The notes under the pieces were generated by a model. It ran no database searches, was not told the DNA's origin, and worked only from the letters and a program-made list of their open reading frames with translations. Shown here piece by piece: positions 1-9,540 of a DNA stretch of 64,000 nt. Both the position numbers and the translations under genes were made by a program. Position 1 is the first letter of the stretch; each line of letters begins with the position of its first letter. The stretch is from the NCBI GenBank assembly GCA_963748815.1, contig CAVVKJ010000007.1:1-64000 (forward strand), read 5' to 3'. The DNA comes from an uncultured Gemmatimonadales bacterium. Its GTDB lineage: Bacteria > Gemmatimonadota > Gemmatimonadetes > Gemmatimonadales > GWC2-71-9.

Positions 1-27
1 AGACTACTTCAAGGCTCTGGAGCCGCC

Positions 28-1602
28 GTGACCCGCGTGATCTCGGGAATGCTGGTGATCGGAGGACTGCTGTCGCTGCCCGCTGTCGGGGTTGCCCAGG
101 TGGTCGATGCCGACGCAGCGTGGAACCAGGGGCGCTACGGCGAGGCGCGGGAGGCCTATCTCCGTGCCCTGACACAGGACCCGGCGTCCGTCCGCTCCAG
201 CTACCGACTCGGCGTGCTGGCGGCCTGGGACGGCAACCTCGATTCCGCGCTCACGTACCTCGCGCAGGCGCGCGCCGCCGATCCCGCCGATCCCGATGTG
301 CGGGTCATGCAGGCGACCGTCCTCAGCTGGGCCGGGGACTACGCACAGTCGCTGGTGAAGTGGGACAGCGTCATCGCGCTCTATCCCAACCGGCTCGACG
401 GACTCACTGGAAAGGCGCGGACGCTCTCTTGGGACGGCCGTGCAGCGGAGGCCGACTCCCTGTACCGGGACGTGCTCGAGCGGGACCCGACCAATGCCGA
501 CGCACTCAACGGGACGGCGCAACTGGCGTACTGGAGCGGCAAGGCGGCGGAGGCCATCGCCGGCTATCAGCGGGCACTTTCCTACAGGCCAGACGACGTG
601 ACGGCGCATCTCGGATTGTCCCAGGTGTACCGGTCGGTCGGACGGCAGCGGGACGCACTGGCCGAGGCGGACAGCGCCGTGGCGCTCGCCCCAGCGAGCA
701 AGGAAGCGCTCCGGGTGCGTACGGATATCGTGCGTTCGGTGCAGGCGGCCGCGGACGTCACCCTGGGGTGGAGCGAGGACAGCGACCAAAACGAGATGTG
801 GTGGCAGGTGGTCTCCGCCTCGACGCCTCTCGCGAACAGGGTGCGCGGCTTCGGCTCGGTGGGGGCCTACGAGGGGAGCAGCGCGCCCGACGTCACCGCC
901 TCCCGGGGCGTTGCGGAGTTTGGCGCCCGGTATACCCAGGACAACTGGCAGCTCACCGGCGCCTTTGGCGTGCAGGGACTCTGGCCCGACTCGGGCCTCT
1001 CCCGCACTTCGCTGACGGGCCGGTTGGGTGCCTCCTACCGGATCCAGCCGGCCATCGGCATCGGCGTGAGCTACGCCCACTTCCCGTTTGCAGAAACGGC
1101 GTACCTGATCGGCGCAGGCATCGACATCGACGCGGCCGACGTGACGGTCGACGTCACCGCAGGCGACGGGCTGTCGCTCGGCACCGGTGGGGGAGCCGCC
1201 TGGTTCAGCGACGGCAACGAGCGGACCTCCGTCGTGCTCGGCGCGACGAAAGAGCTGCCGCGCCACTTGTTCGTGGGTGGGCTGGTCCGGATGGTCTGGT
1301 TCCGGGAGACGGTGCCGAGCTACTTCTCTCCCGACCGCTTCGCGGTGGTGGAGGCGCGCGGCGGGTACGCCCGGACGGGAGTGGACTGGGAGACGCGGGT
1401 GAGTGCCGGCGCGGGAGTCCAGCAGATCGGCAACACCGGACCGTGGCAGTTCGAGGGCCACATCGAGGGACGTGCGGCGTGGTGGTTTTCCCAGCGCAAT
1501 CGTCTCGAGGCGTTTGCGGGGGTGACCAACAGCGCCTACCTGTCGGCGACCGGCGCCTACCGGTGGGGAACGGCGGGACTGGTGATTCGACTCGGACTTT
1601 GA
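28..1602 (+). CDS. Secreted tetratricopeptide-repeat protein with C-terminal outer-membrane beta-barrel-like region
   Basis: Signal peptide (MTRVISGMLVIGGLLSLPAVGVAQ), several TPR-like helical repeats (YLRALTQDP, YRDVLERDPTNADAL, YQRALSYRPDDVTAHLGL), then alternating beta-strand pattern to the C-terminus. GTG start overlaps an upstream TGA. Confidence 0.75.
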   Translation: MTRVISGMLVIGGLLSLPAVGVAQVVDADAAWNQGRYGEAREAYLRALTQDPASVRSSYRLGVLAAWDGNLDSALTYLAQARAADPADPDVRVMQATVLSWAGDYAQSLVKWDSVIALYPNRLDGLTGKARTLSWDGRAAEADSLYRDVLERDPTNADALNGTAQLAYWSGKAAEAIAGYQRALSYRPDDVTAHLGLSQVYRSVGRQRDALAEADSAVALAPASKEALRVRTDIVRSVQAAADVTLGWSEDSDQNEMWWQVVSASTPLANRVRGFGSVGAYEGSSAPDVTASRGVAEFGARYTQDNWQLTGAFGVQGLWPDSGLSRTSLTGRLGASYRIQPAIGIGVSYAHFPFAETAYLIGAGIDIDAADVTVDVTAGDGLSLGTGGGAAWFSDGNERTSVVLGATKELPRHLFVGGLVRMVWFRETVPSYFSPDRFAVVEARGGYARTGVDWETRVSAGAGVQQIGNTGPWQFEGHIEGRAAWWFSQRNRLEAFAGVTNSAYLSATGAYRWGTAGLVIRLGL

Positions 1603-1614
1603 TCGCCTGCAGGT

Positions 1615-2364
1615 CTAGTCCACGTCGGTCGGACCGAATGGATGTTCGATGGACAGATAGACGAGCCACTGGTCTTCCTCGCGGTTCGTGAGGTTGAGCG
1701 GCCGTGCGAGCCCAGGCACGAGTTGCACCGCCCCGAAATTCACGGCCCAGCGCACGCCGGGGCTGATCACGTAGGTCGGCGCGTCTCCCGCGACGCCCAG
1801 ATAGAGGCCCTCCACCAAGAAGTTCATCCAGGGCGTGGTGAGCCAAACGAGACTTCCTCCCACGTTGGCAACCGCCGGGCCTAACCCCACCGTCGCCCCC
1901 AGATTCCAGTGCGTGACCACTGCCGAATTCAGCACCGCCGTCAGTGGGAGGTTGGCCTGCATCGCGAGCCCACCGGCCGCGCTGGTCCCCACGTCCGCGA
2001 TGAGGGTGACGCGCGGCGACAAGATGAGCGCGGCGTTCGGGTGTCCGATCATCTGGCGTCGATAGTTGAGCGAGAGCGTTCCGTACTCCGCGCCAGCCCC
2101 GTTGTCGAGGATGGTCAGGCCGGCACTTACCTGGTCCCGGAGCCCGCCGGCAGGCCATTCGTCAGTCAGGTTGAATACCCAGCGAGCGCCCTGCCCGCTC
2201 GTGAAGACGCCGATATGTTGCACGACACCGCGGTCCTGGTTGTAGGCTTCCTCGATGAGGAAGCTGTTGTCGCGAATTGGCGCGGGAGATTCCTGAGCAA
2301 CCGCGATCTTCACCGCGCCGAGGCAGATCACGACGCCGAGCGGCGCCAGCCGCGTCAGAGCCAC
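1615..2364 (-). CDS. Putative outer-membrane beta-barrel protein, last gene of the mntR-mntH operon
   Basis: GTG at 2364 overlaps the mntH 3' end. Signal peptide ends ...IAVAQ, followed by [12 protein letters not shown] and amphipathic beta strands ending YLSIEHPF. Confidence 0.6.
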   Translation of the reverse strand: MALTRLAPLGVVICLGAVKIAVAQESPAPIRDNSFLIEEAYNQDRGVVQHIGVFTSGQGARWVFNLTDEWPAGGLRDQVSAGLTILDNGAGAEYGTLSLNYRRQMIGHPNAALILSPRVTLIADVGTSAAGGLAMQANLPLTAVLNSAVVTHWNLGATVGLGPAVANVGGSLVWLTTPWMNFLVEGLYLGVAGDAPTYVISPGVRWAVNFGAVQLVPGLARPLNLTNREEDQWLVYLSIEHPFGPTDVD

Positions 2365-3710
2365 CCGCGGAAGGTCTCGATCAGCAGCCAGAGGTTGAGC
2401 GCCCCGATGACGCCGGCGATCACCCAGGCGAGCACCTTCAGCCACCGCGGACTCACGAACACACCCATCTTGGCCCGGTCACTGGTGAAGATCACCAGCG
2501 GCACGACGGCGAACGACAGCTGCATGCTCAGGATGACCTGGCTCAGGATCAGCAGCTGGCCGCTGCCCCGCTCACCCGAAATGGCCGTGACGATCACGGC
2601 AGGGACGATGGCGATGAGCCGGGTGATGAGCCGCCGGAGCCACGCCGGCAGGCGAATGTTGAGGAACCCCTCCATCACGATTTGCCCGGCGAGCGTGCCG
2701 GTAATCGTCGAATTCTGCCCCGACGCCAGCAGCGCCACCGCAAAGAGGACGCTCGCCATGGTGGTGCCCAGCAACGGCGTCAGGAGTTGATGCGCATCGC
2801 CGATGTCCGCCACGCCCTGGTTGCCCGTGGTGTGGAAGGTGGCCGCCGCAAGAATCAGAATGGCGGCGTTGATGAAGAAGGCGAAGAAGAGCGCCAGGGT
2901 CGAGTCGATCGTGGCGAACTTGATGGCCTCCCGCTTGCCCGCCACCGTGTCACCGAAATTCCGGGTCTGCACGATGGAGCTGTGGAGGTAGAGGTTGTGC
3001 GGCATGACGGTGGCGCCGAGGATGCCGATCGCAATGTAGAGCTTGGCCGAGTCGGAGATGATCTCCGTGGTGGGGATCAGTCCGCGGAACAGTTCGCCGA
3101 GCGCCGGCTGCGCCAGCACCAGCTCAATGGCGAAGCAGGCGCCGATGGTGGCCACCAGCACGATGACGAAGGCTTCAAGCCAGCGAAACCCGCGGTGCTG
3201 CAACAGCAGGATGAGCAGGACGTCCACTGCGGTGATACAGACGCCCCACAGCAGCGGAATGCCGAAGAGGAGGTTCAGGGCGATGGCGGACCCGATGACT
3301 TCCGCCAGGTCGCAGGCGGCGATGGCAATTTCGCAGAGCACCCAGAGCACGAAGTTCACCGGACGCGAATAGTGATCGCGGCAGGCCTGGGCCAGGTCGC
3401 GGCCGGTGGCAATGCCGAGCCGGAGCGCCAGGGCCTGGAGGACGATGGCCATCAGGTTCGAGAGGAGGATGACGCTGAGCAGGGTGTAGCCGAAGCGCGA
3501 GCCACCGGCGAGGTCGGTCGCCCAATTGCCGGGGTCCATGTACCCCACCGCGACCATGTACCCGGGCCCGGCAAACGCGAGCATCTTCCGCCACCAGGGG
3601 GCGCCCGCCGGGATGTTCACGCTGCGGAACGACTCCGGGAGGCTGGGCGAGGTCCGCTTGTGTCGCCACCCCTCGGTGAGTTCCTCGATCGGGGGACCGC
3701 TGGCGCTCAT
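2355..3710 (-). CDS. mntH: Nramp-family divalent metal (Mn2+) transporter
   Basis: Nramp motifs [10 protein letters not shown] and [13 protein letters not shown], plus [19 protein letters not shown]. Confidence 0.95.
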   Translation of the reverse strand: MSASGPPIEELTEGWRHKRTSPSLPESFRSVNIPAGAPWWRKMLAFAGPGYMVAVGYMDPGNWATDLAGGSRFGYTLLSVILLSNLMAIVLQALALRLGIATGRDLAQACRDHYSRPVNFVLWVLCEIAIAACDLAEVIGSAIALNLLFGIPLLWGVCITAVDVLLILLLQHRGFRWLEAFVIVLVATIGACFAIELVLAQPALGELFRGLIPTTEIISDSAKLYIAIGILGATVMPHNLYLHSSIVQTRNFGDTVAGKREAIKFATIDSTLALFFAFFINAAILILAAATFHTTGNQGVADIGDAHQLLTPLLGTTMASVLFAVALLASGQNSTITGTLAGQIVMEGFLNIRLPAWLRRLITRLIAIVPAVIVTAISGERGSGQLLILSQVILSMQLSFAVVPLVIFTSDRAKMGVFVSPRWLKVLAWVIAGVIGALNLWLLIETFRGWL

Positions 3711-4390
3711 CGAGCCTCCGACCTGGAGCAGAGGAGCACCCCCGCCAGTTCGGCACCGAGCAGCTGTTCGTGTCCACCCGCCCGCACCGTGATCGGTCCG
3801 CCGAAGGGCTGTCGGCTGGTGACCGTGACCGCCGCCCCTGGTACCAGCCCGTGGTCGGCGAAATACCGCAGTCGATCGGCCTGCCCCGTTTCCACCCGCC
3901 GAACCTCGACCGACTCCCCGACCGGAATCTCCGAGAGCGGGGTGTAGACCAGTTCCACCATCGATCCGTCAGGGGCCGGGATTGGGTCGCCGTGGGGGTC
4001 CACGCTTGGGTTGCCCAGCGCGGTGGCCATACGCTCGATCAGGGCGTCAGACACGGCGTGCTCCAGGCGCTCCGCCTCTTCGTGGACGGTGTCCCAGGTG
4101 TAGTCGAGGAAGGCCACAAGATAGGACTCGAGGATGCGGTGCCTCCGCACCATCTGGAGGGCCGCCCGCCGGCCCGAGGCGCTGAGTTCAACCCCCTTGT
4201 ATGGCACGTGCTCGACCAGCCCCTGCTCGGAGAGGCGCTTGACCATCCCGGTGACGGAAGCAGGGGCCAGGTCGAGGAGGTGTGCGATTTCGGTGGTGCC
4301 TGCGGGACTGCCCCCCAGGGAGAGGTGGTAGATGGCCTTGAGATAGTCCTCGACCGAACGAGTCAGGGTCGGCGACGGGTAGGGCGGCAT
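3707..4390 (-). CDS. mntR: DtxR/MntR-family metal-dependent repressor with C-terminal FeoA domain
   Basis: [28 protein letters not shown] and DPHGDPIP motifs. 4-nt overlap with mntH. Confidence 0.92.
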   Translation of the reverse strand: MPPYPSPTLTRSVEDYLKAIYHLSLGGSPAGTTEIAHLLDLAPASVTGMVKRLSEQGLVEHVPYKGVELSASGRRAALQMVRRHRILESYLVAFLDYTWDTVHEEAERLEHAVSDALIERMATALGNPSVDPHGDPIPAPDGSMVELVYTPLSEIPVGESVEVRRVETGQADRLRYFADHGLVPGAAVTVTSRQPFGGPITVRAGGHEQLLGAELAGVLLCSRSEAR

Positions 4391-4400
4391 GGTCAGAGCC

Positions 4401-4446
4401 AGAATTAGGGTTGCCTAATTCTATTTTACTGACAGCCTAAAAGCAA
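4401..4446 (-). promoter_or_regulatory. Sigma70 promoter of mntR-mntH with two DtxR/MntR-type operators
   Basis: Minus strand reads TTGCTT-N17-TAGAAT. Perfect inverted repeat AGAATTAGG-gttg-CCTAATTCT at 4401-4422; second imperfect site TTTTAGGCTGTCAGTAAAA at 4424-4442 (minus strand). Confidence 0.85.
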
Positions 4447-4562
4447 GACACCCCTCTCTCAAAGCTGGGGGTGCGGCGGCTTGGTGCCCGTGGCGTCTTC
4501 GAGCTGCGAACCCTTGGCGCAAGGGGGCGAAGGGGTGCAAAGGAGCCGCCAGGACGTGGGGG

Positions 4563-5135
4563 CTATCGGTCGGAGAGAGCGGAGACCAGTGGGGCGAGGA
4601 TTCGCTCTGTCATCCCCCAGACGGGCACTGGGCTCACGTGGTAGGCGGGAAATTCCCGGATGGCATCGCCGAGGCGAATGCTGAACGGCCGGTAGGATTC
4701 GGGATGAATGAGCGACTCCCACTCCACCCAGATGTAGTCGGCTACTTCGTGGTTCGGCACGACGGCGGGCCGGTTCGGAAGGAGGAACAGAAATGGCCGC
4801 ACCATGAGGGGCGGCAGGTGGGGGGACCTGGGAGCGACATCGTCAAGCGCACCGGCGAACTCCGCCACCGAGAGCGTGATACCCACTTCTTCCCGCGTTT
4901 CGCGGATGGCGGTCTGCAGCAAGTCCAGATCCGATTCGCCGCTGCGCCCGCCGGGGAGGCCCATCTGCCCCGACCAGGGGTCACCGGATCGTTCCGCTCG
5001 CCGAATGAGCAATATCGCGTCGGGATCAGGAACCACGAGCAGCGCCACCGCGGCCCGCGCGAGAGCGGAGTCCTCGACGATCATCGGCGTGCGACGCGTG
5101 AGGTGTTCGGCGATCCGCGCCTGCAGCGGTGTCAT
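4563..5135 (-). CDS. Nudix hydrolase, CoA pyrophosphatase type
   Basis: LLIRRA..WSGQMGLPGG, Nudix box TAIRETREEVG and VWGMT motif. Confidence 0.88.
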   Translation of the reverse strand: MTPLQARIAEHLTRRTPMIVEDSALARAAVALLVVPDPDAILLIRRAERSGDPWSGQMGLPGGRSGESDLDLLQTAIRETREEVGITLSVAEFAGALDDVAPRSPHLPPLMVRPFLFLLPNRPAVVPNHEVADYIWVEWESLIHPESYRPFSIRLGDAIREFPAYHVSPVPVWGMTERILAPLVSALSDR

Positions 5136-5142
5136 GAGCCGC

Positions 5143-5628
5143 CTACAGGTTGCCCAGTTTCGGCGACGAGTCCGGATTTCCCCCGTCGAAGACCACCTTC
5201 CAGCCCCCGTCGGCCTGTCGCCGCCAGATCGTCACGTACTTGCCGGTGGCGATCGCGGCGTCGCCGGCGGCATTGTAGTGCCGGCTCTGCCAGGAGCCGA
5301 GGGTGTAGCCGAGATCGCCGCCAGCGCTGGCGAAGGCCATGGTGGGTTGCCAGGTCAGCCGGAAGGTCGTGTCCGCGAAGGCCGGCGCCATCGCCGCCCG
5401 GATATTCTCAATTCCGGGCCTGAAAGGGCGGTCGGGTTCCATCTGGATGGCCGAGCTGTCGAAGGCGGCAAGCCACCCTTCGAGGCCTTGTTCGGCGGTG
5501 GCGGCCGCGAAGGCCTCGTCCGCGGCAATGAGCGACGCGCGCACGGCATCGGGGTCGGGACGCTCCGGAGCCCCCGGGGCGCAGGCGGCGATGGCAAGCG
5601 CGACAGCCAGCGTGAGTTCGATGCGCAT
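5143..5628 (-). CDS. NTF2-like (DUF4440/SnoaL-like) lipoprotein
   Basis: ATG at 5628 with AGAGGA RBS. Lipobox IAAC, GDLGYTLG and GKYVTIWRRQADGGWKV. Confidence 0.8.
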   Translation of the reverse strand: MRIELTLAVALAIAACAPGAPERPDPDAVRASLIAADEAFAAATAEQGLEGWLAAFDSSAIQMEPDRPFRPGIENIRAAMAPAFADTTFRLTWQPTMAFASAGGDLGYTLGSWQSRHYNAAGDAAIATGKYVTIWRRQADGGWKVVFDGGNPDSSPKLGNL

Positions 5629-5635
5629 GATTCCT

Positions 5636-6490
5636 CTACGGTGTTGGGCCCAGCACAAGCAGGTGTTTCGCGAAAAAAGTGAGGGAGGCGTCGGCGACGG
5701 CTGTAAAGGCGGACGTTGGACCTTGCCAGGGGTGCACAGCCTCGAAGGTGTGTCCGGCATCCGGCACGGTCATCAGCTCCGCGTCCGGCCCGCCGGCGGC
5801 GTGCAGCGCCTCCGCCTCGGCCAGCGGGACCACGGCATCGGACGCTCCGTGGGCAATCAACCAGGGAGCGGCGAGGCGCGCGGCGGCTCCCTGGATATTC
5901 AGCGACGTCTTCCCGTGCGCGATCGCATCGTCCAGGGCATCGGTGTACATCGGCAACACCAGCCCGGTGCGTGAATTTACGATGTCTATCTTGCCACTGG
6001 CCCGCCACGCCGCGACTTCCTCCAGCGAGTACCGGTTCACGTGGCTGATGGCGGCCCACGTCACGAGCGCCTGGATCCGGGGATCGGCTGCGGCGGCGAG
6101 GACGCCGAGTCCGCCGCCCCGTGAATGACCAAGAAATCCCACTGAGGTGGGTGCGGGGAAACCGAGGGCATCGCCCGCCACGGCGTCGATGACCGTTGCC
6201 ACGTCGCCCAGATCGCCGCTGAAGGTCGCCCGCGCGAACCGGTCGGGATAGGTGAACTCCCCCGCGTCGTCCACGCCGCTGCCACTCAGGTTGAAGGTGA
6301 CGACGGTGAAGCCCGCCCTCGACAGTCGCTCGGCCAGCGGCGGAAACATCCCCCAGTCCTTGAACCCCTTGAAGCCGTGGAGCACCAGCACGGCGGGTCG
6401 CGGGCGGCCGCGATCGCCGGTCCGCACATCGACGAGGATGTCGCCGAGATAGCCGGGAAGGCGGTGCCGGGTCAGGGAGGGCGTGGCCAT
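5636..6490 (-). CDS. Alpha/beta hydrolase
   Basis: HGFKGFKDWG, nucleophile elbow GHSRGG, HGASDAVVP and catalytic His in AGHTF. Confidence 0.85.
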   Translation of the reverse strand: MATPSLTRHRLPGYLGDILVDVRTGDRGRPRPAVLVLHGFKGFKDWGMFPPLAERLSRAGFTVVTFNLSGSGVDDAGEFTYPDRFARATFSGDLGDVATVIDAVAGDALGFPAPTSVGFLGHSRGGGLGVLAAAADPRIQALVTWAAISHVNRYSLEEVAAWRASGKIDIVNSRTGLVLPMYTDALDDAIAHGKTSLNIQGAAARLAAPWLIAHGASDAVVPLAEAEALHAAGGPDAELMTVPDAGHTFEAVHPWQGPTSAFTAVADASLTFFAKHLLVLGPTP

Positions 6491-6493
6491 CGG

Positions 6494-7456
6494 CTACCGC
6501 ACCGCCCCGTCGAGGACTTCCACTTCCCCGGCCGTCGCATCGAGCCGGACGGATACGCCCAGGGGGAGGGTCCATTGATCGTCGACGTGCCCGATCGGAA
6601 AACCGTAGGCCACGGGCACGCGGAGGGGCGCGAAGTATGTCCTGAGTACTTCGTCGAATCCGAGGGCGCCGTCGCCCGTTCCGCGCTTCAGTTCGGTAAA
6701 CTGCCCTACGATGATGCCGGCCACCTTCTGGAGCGCGCCGATCGACCGGAGTTGGGCCAGCATCCGGTCGACGGAGTAGAGGTCCTCCCCGACATCCTCG
6801 ATGAAGAGAATCGTGCCATCGAGCCTCGGGAAGTACCGGGTGCCGGCGAGACACTGCAGCAGCGTCAGGTTGCCGCCGACGAGGGGGCCGGTGGCCTGCC
6901 CAGGCACGAGGGTGACGATCCGATGATCGGTGGGGACGAGGACATCGGCGGGGGGCGCCATTCGGCCGAGACGGCCGGCGGCGTTGACAGCGGTGAGGAC
7001 CCGGTCGAAGTGCCAGCGACTGAACGGGGTGAGCGGGGACCGCGCCATCGGGCCATGGAAGGTGACCAGGCCCGCCTCCAGCTGCGCCGCGATGAGCAGC
7101 GCGGTGATGTCGGAAAAACCGATGATGGCCTTGGGCCGCTTCTTCAAGGGGGCGAAGTCGACGCCGTCGAGGATGCGCGTCATGCCGTAGCCGCCGCGGA
7201 GGCACCAGACGGCGTCGATGCGCGGGTCGGCAATGGCGGCGTTCAAGTCGCCGAGGCGCTGTTCGTCGGTGCCGGCGAGGTAACCGTAGTGCCGGTACGC
7301 GTTTGGACCGAGGACGGGCTCGAAGCCGAGGGCGCGACAGAGTTCCTCGCCCCTGAGGAGGTCGTCGTGTTCAAGGAGGGGGCCGGCCGGGGCCACGAGG
7401 GCGACGCGACTTCCCGCGGCGAGTGCCGGCGGCCGGACAAATTCTTTTGACCCCAT
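6494..7456 (-). CDS. ldcA: LD-carboxypeptidase (peptidase S66)
   Basis: RGGYG, GFSDIT, FHGPM, GGNL, LFIEDVGE and PIGH motifs. ATG at 7456. Confidence 0.9.
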   Translation of the reverse strand: MGSKEFVRPPALAAGSRVALVAPAGPLLEHDDLLRGEELCRALGFEPVLGPNAYRHYGYLAGTDEQRLGDLNAAIADPRIDAVWCLRGGYGMTRILDGVDFAPLKKRPKAIIGFSDITALLIAAQLEAGLVTFHGPMARSPLTPFSRWHFDRVLTAVNAAGRLGRMAPPADVLVPTDHRIVTLVPGQATGPLVGGNLTLLQCLAGTRYFPRLDGTILFIEDVGEDLYSVDRMLAQLRSIGALQKVAGIIVGQFTELKRGTGDGALGFDEVLRTYFAPLRVPVAYGFPIGHVDDQWTLPLGVSVRLDATAGEVEVLDGAVR

Positions 7457-7527
7457 TCGGGCTCCCGTACTAGATTGAAGGCGACACTTCCAGGAGAAAC
7501 GCACTGCGCGCTTCCCATCCGGCCCTC

Positions 7528-8061
7528 TTGGCCGCCAGCCGTGTGATCTTCGACCTGCGGGACGAGATGGTTTCCCAGTGGGCCGACTGGCTCGGCGACC
7601 GCATGCAGACCTCCACCACAATACCTCGCCCGGTCATCGAGCGGGAGTTGCGGCTGATCATCGAGCTGCTCGGCGAGATGGTGGGGCCGGTGCGGCGGGA
7701 AACCAAGCCGGTGTGGTTCCACGCCTGTGAGCACTTCGGGCGATTGGCGGCGGCGCGCGGCCTGGCCGCCGGTGAAATCGTCGACGAGATGCAGTACCTG
7801 CGCGAGCTCCTGATCCGGAGCCTGGCCCCGATTCTGGCCGCCATGCGGCCTCGGCGGGCCATGGCCATCATGCTGGAACTGAACCGGGTGCTGGACAAGG
7901 GCATCAGCGTGGCCGTCGTGGGGTATACCGATGCCCTGGTGGCCACCATCTTTGCGCAGAACGGCGTGCCCAGCGAGGGCACGGCGGTGGATGCGGAGGA
8001 GGTCGGCCGGCAACTCGAGCAGCTCGAAGGCGAGCTCGCCGCCGTCACCCGCAACCGGTAG
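7528..8061 (+). CDS. Hypothetical all-helical protein, possibly RsbRD N-terminal/globin-like
   Basis: Strong GC3 codon bias; the HFGRLAAARGL..GEIVDEMQYLRE pattern resembles RsbRD_N. Start uncertain. Confidence 0.55.
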   Translation: MAASRVIFDLRDEMVSQWADWLGDRMQTSTTIPRPVIERELRLIIELLGEMVGPVRRETKPVWFHACEHFGRLAAARGLAAGEIVDEMQYLRELLIRSLAPILAAMRPRRAMAIMLELNRVLDKGISVAVVGYTDALVATIFAQNGVPSEGTAVDAEEVGRQLEQLEGELAAVTRNR

Positions 8062-8066
8062 CCCCC

Positions 8067-9212
8067 GTGGTCAATATCCCCGCGTGGTGGACCGCCCTCC
8101 CCTGGGCGGTGCCCTTCCTTGCCTTCGTTCGCCTTGCGCGTCAGCACCCGAGCCTCAGCCAGGCGCCCCTGGCGAGTGGCGAGCTGGTGTCGGTGATCGT
8201 CCCGGCGCGCAACGAAGCGGAGAATCTCCCTACCCTGCTCGACTCGCTGCTCCTCACCGACTACGACGCGGTCGAGATCATCGTCGTGGACGATCGGTCC
8301 ACCGACCGGACGGCCGCTGTTGTCCGTCGGTACGCCGCGGCGGACCCGCGCGTGCGGCTCATCGACGGCGAGGACCTACCAGCCGGGTGGTTCGGGAAAC
8401 CATGGGCGTGCGTGCAGGGCTACCGCGCGGCCAAGGGGGATCTCCTCCTGTTTACCGACGCCGACACGAAGCACGCGCCGGAGCTGCTTGGGCGGGCAGT
8501 GGGAGCGCTTCAGTCGGAGCATCGGGACCTGGTGACGGTCCTCGGCCGCCTGGTGTGCGGGTCGTTCTGGGAGCGGGTGATCATGCCGATCATCGGCGCC
8601 CTGCTGGGAATCCGCTTTCATCCGACGGCAGTGAACCGGGCGCGGAAGGCGAGCGAGGTGATCGCCAACGGCCAGTTCATCCTGGTGACCCGGGAGAGCT
8701 ATGAGGCGGTGGGTACCCACGAGGCGGTGAAGCACGAGGTGGCCGAGGACCTGGCGATGGCACAGCTCTATTTTCGCGCCGGCCGGCCGCAGCTCTTCAC
8801 CTTCGGGTTGAACCTGCTGGGAACCCGGATGTACTCCAGCCTGGCAGGGCTGATCGAGGGATGGTCGAAGAACGTGTATGTCGGCGGGCGCCGCTCCTAC
8901 CCCGACGAGCCGATGCTGCGGGCGCTGATTCCCGTGATGTTCCTCCTTGGCGCGCTCTTCTGGCTGCTGCCGCCAGTGGTGCTGCTCCTGGCGCTGGCCG
9001 GCGTCCTGCCGGGCCTCCTGGCGCCGGCGATCTGGGCCACCGGGCTCAGTGCGCTGTTCTGGGTGGGGTTCGACGCGGGGTTCGGGGTCAACCCGTTCTA
9101 CGGGCTGAGCTATCCCTTGGGCGTCCTGATGACGGGCTGGATCTTCGCCCGCTCCACGCAGCGCGCCGAGCGCCGGATCGAGTGGCGGGGCCGCACCTAT
9201 TCCACCGACTGA
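8067..9212 (+). CDS. Family 2 glycosyltransferase with C-terminal membrane helices (carotenoid/hopanoid-lipid GT-like)
   Basis: VSVIVPARNE, VVDDRSTD, GWFGKPWA, FTDAD, NGQF and EDL motifs. Confidence 0.85.
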   Translation: MVNIPAWWTALPWAVPFLAFVRLARQHPSLSQAPLASGELVSVIVPARNEAENLPTLLDSLLLTDYDAVEIIVVDDRSTDRTAAVVRRYAAADPRVRLIDGEDLPAGWFGKPWACVQGYRAAKGDLLLFTDADTKHAPELLGRAVGALQSEHRDLVTVLGRLVCGSFWERVIMPIIGALLGIRFHPTAVNRARKASEVIANGQFILVTRESYEAVGTHEAVKHEVAEDLAMAQLYFRAGRPQLFTFGLNLLGTRMYSSLAGLIEGWSKNVYVGGRRSYPDEPMLRALIPVMFLLGALFWLLPPVVLLLALAGVLPGLLAPAIWATGLSALFWVGFDAGFGVNPFYGLSYPLGVLMTGWIFARSTQRAERRIEWRGRTYSTD

Positions 9213-9276
9213 CCGCGCGGTTGCGCGAATGCGCCACCGCACGAATCTTTAGCCGACACCCTCTCTCGGAGATGGC

Positions 9277-9528
9277 ATGCGCCTGACGATCACGGAAGCG
9301 ATGCTGGCCGCCCTGGAGCAGGCCTCGGACAAGCCGGACTGGCTCATCGAGCAGGTGAGTCGCATGCGCGCCGAAGGGGCTCCCTACATCCTCCCCCTCG
9401 GCTCCCAGCAGAGCACCGCACTCGAGGAGCTCTGCGCGATGAACATCCGCTTCACGCCCGACGGGAAGGTGAAGCCGGAGCACCAGGCGCTGGATGCGCT
9501 GTCGAACCTGGTGCTGGAGAACTACTGA
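9277..9528 (+). CDS. Small hypothetical protein
   Basis: 83-aa ORF with GGAG RBS and host-like codon usage; fills an intergenic gap. Confidence 0.6.
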   Translation: MRLTITEAMLAALEQASDKPDWLIEQVSRMRAEGAPYILPLGSQQSTALEELCAMNIRFTPDGKVKPEHQALDALSNLVLENY

Positions 9529-9540
9529 CCGCGTAGCGGC

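Noticed and set aside
4..1461. 485-aa minus-strand ORF and the 120..1691 alternative-frame ORF
   Set aside because: Shadow ORFs of the TPR gene in high-GC DNA; no motifs.
4447..4562. GC-rich intergenic stems (GGCGGCT..AGCCGCC, CCCTTG..CAAGGG) as a possible Mn riboswitch or ncRNA
   Set aside because: They lie upstream of the predicted mntR promoter and show no yybP-ykoY or other motif I recognise. An Rfam search would be needed.
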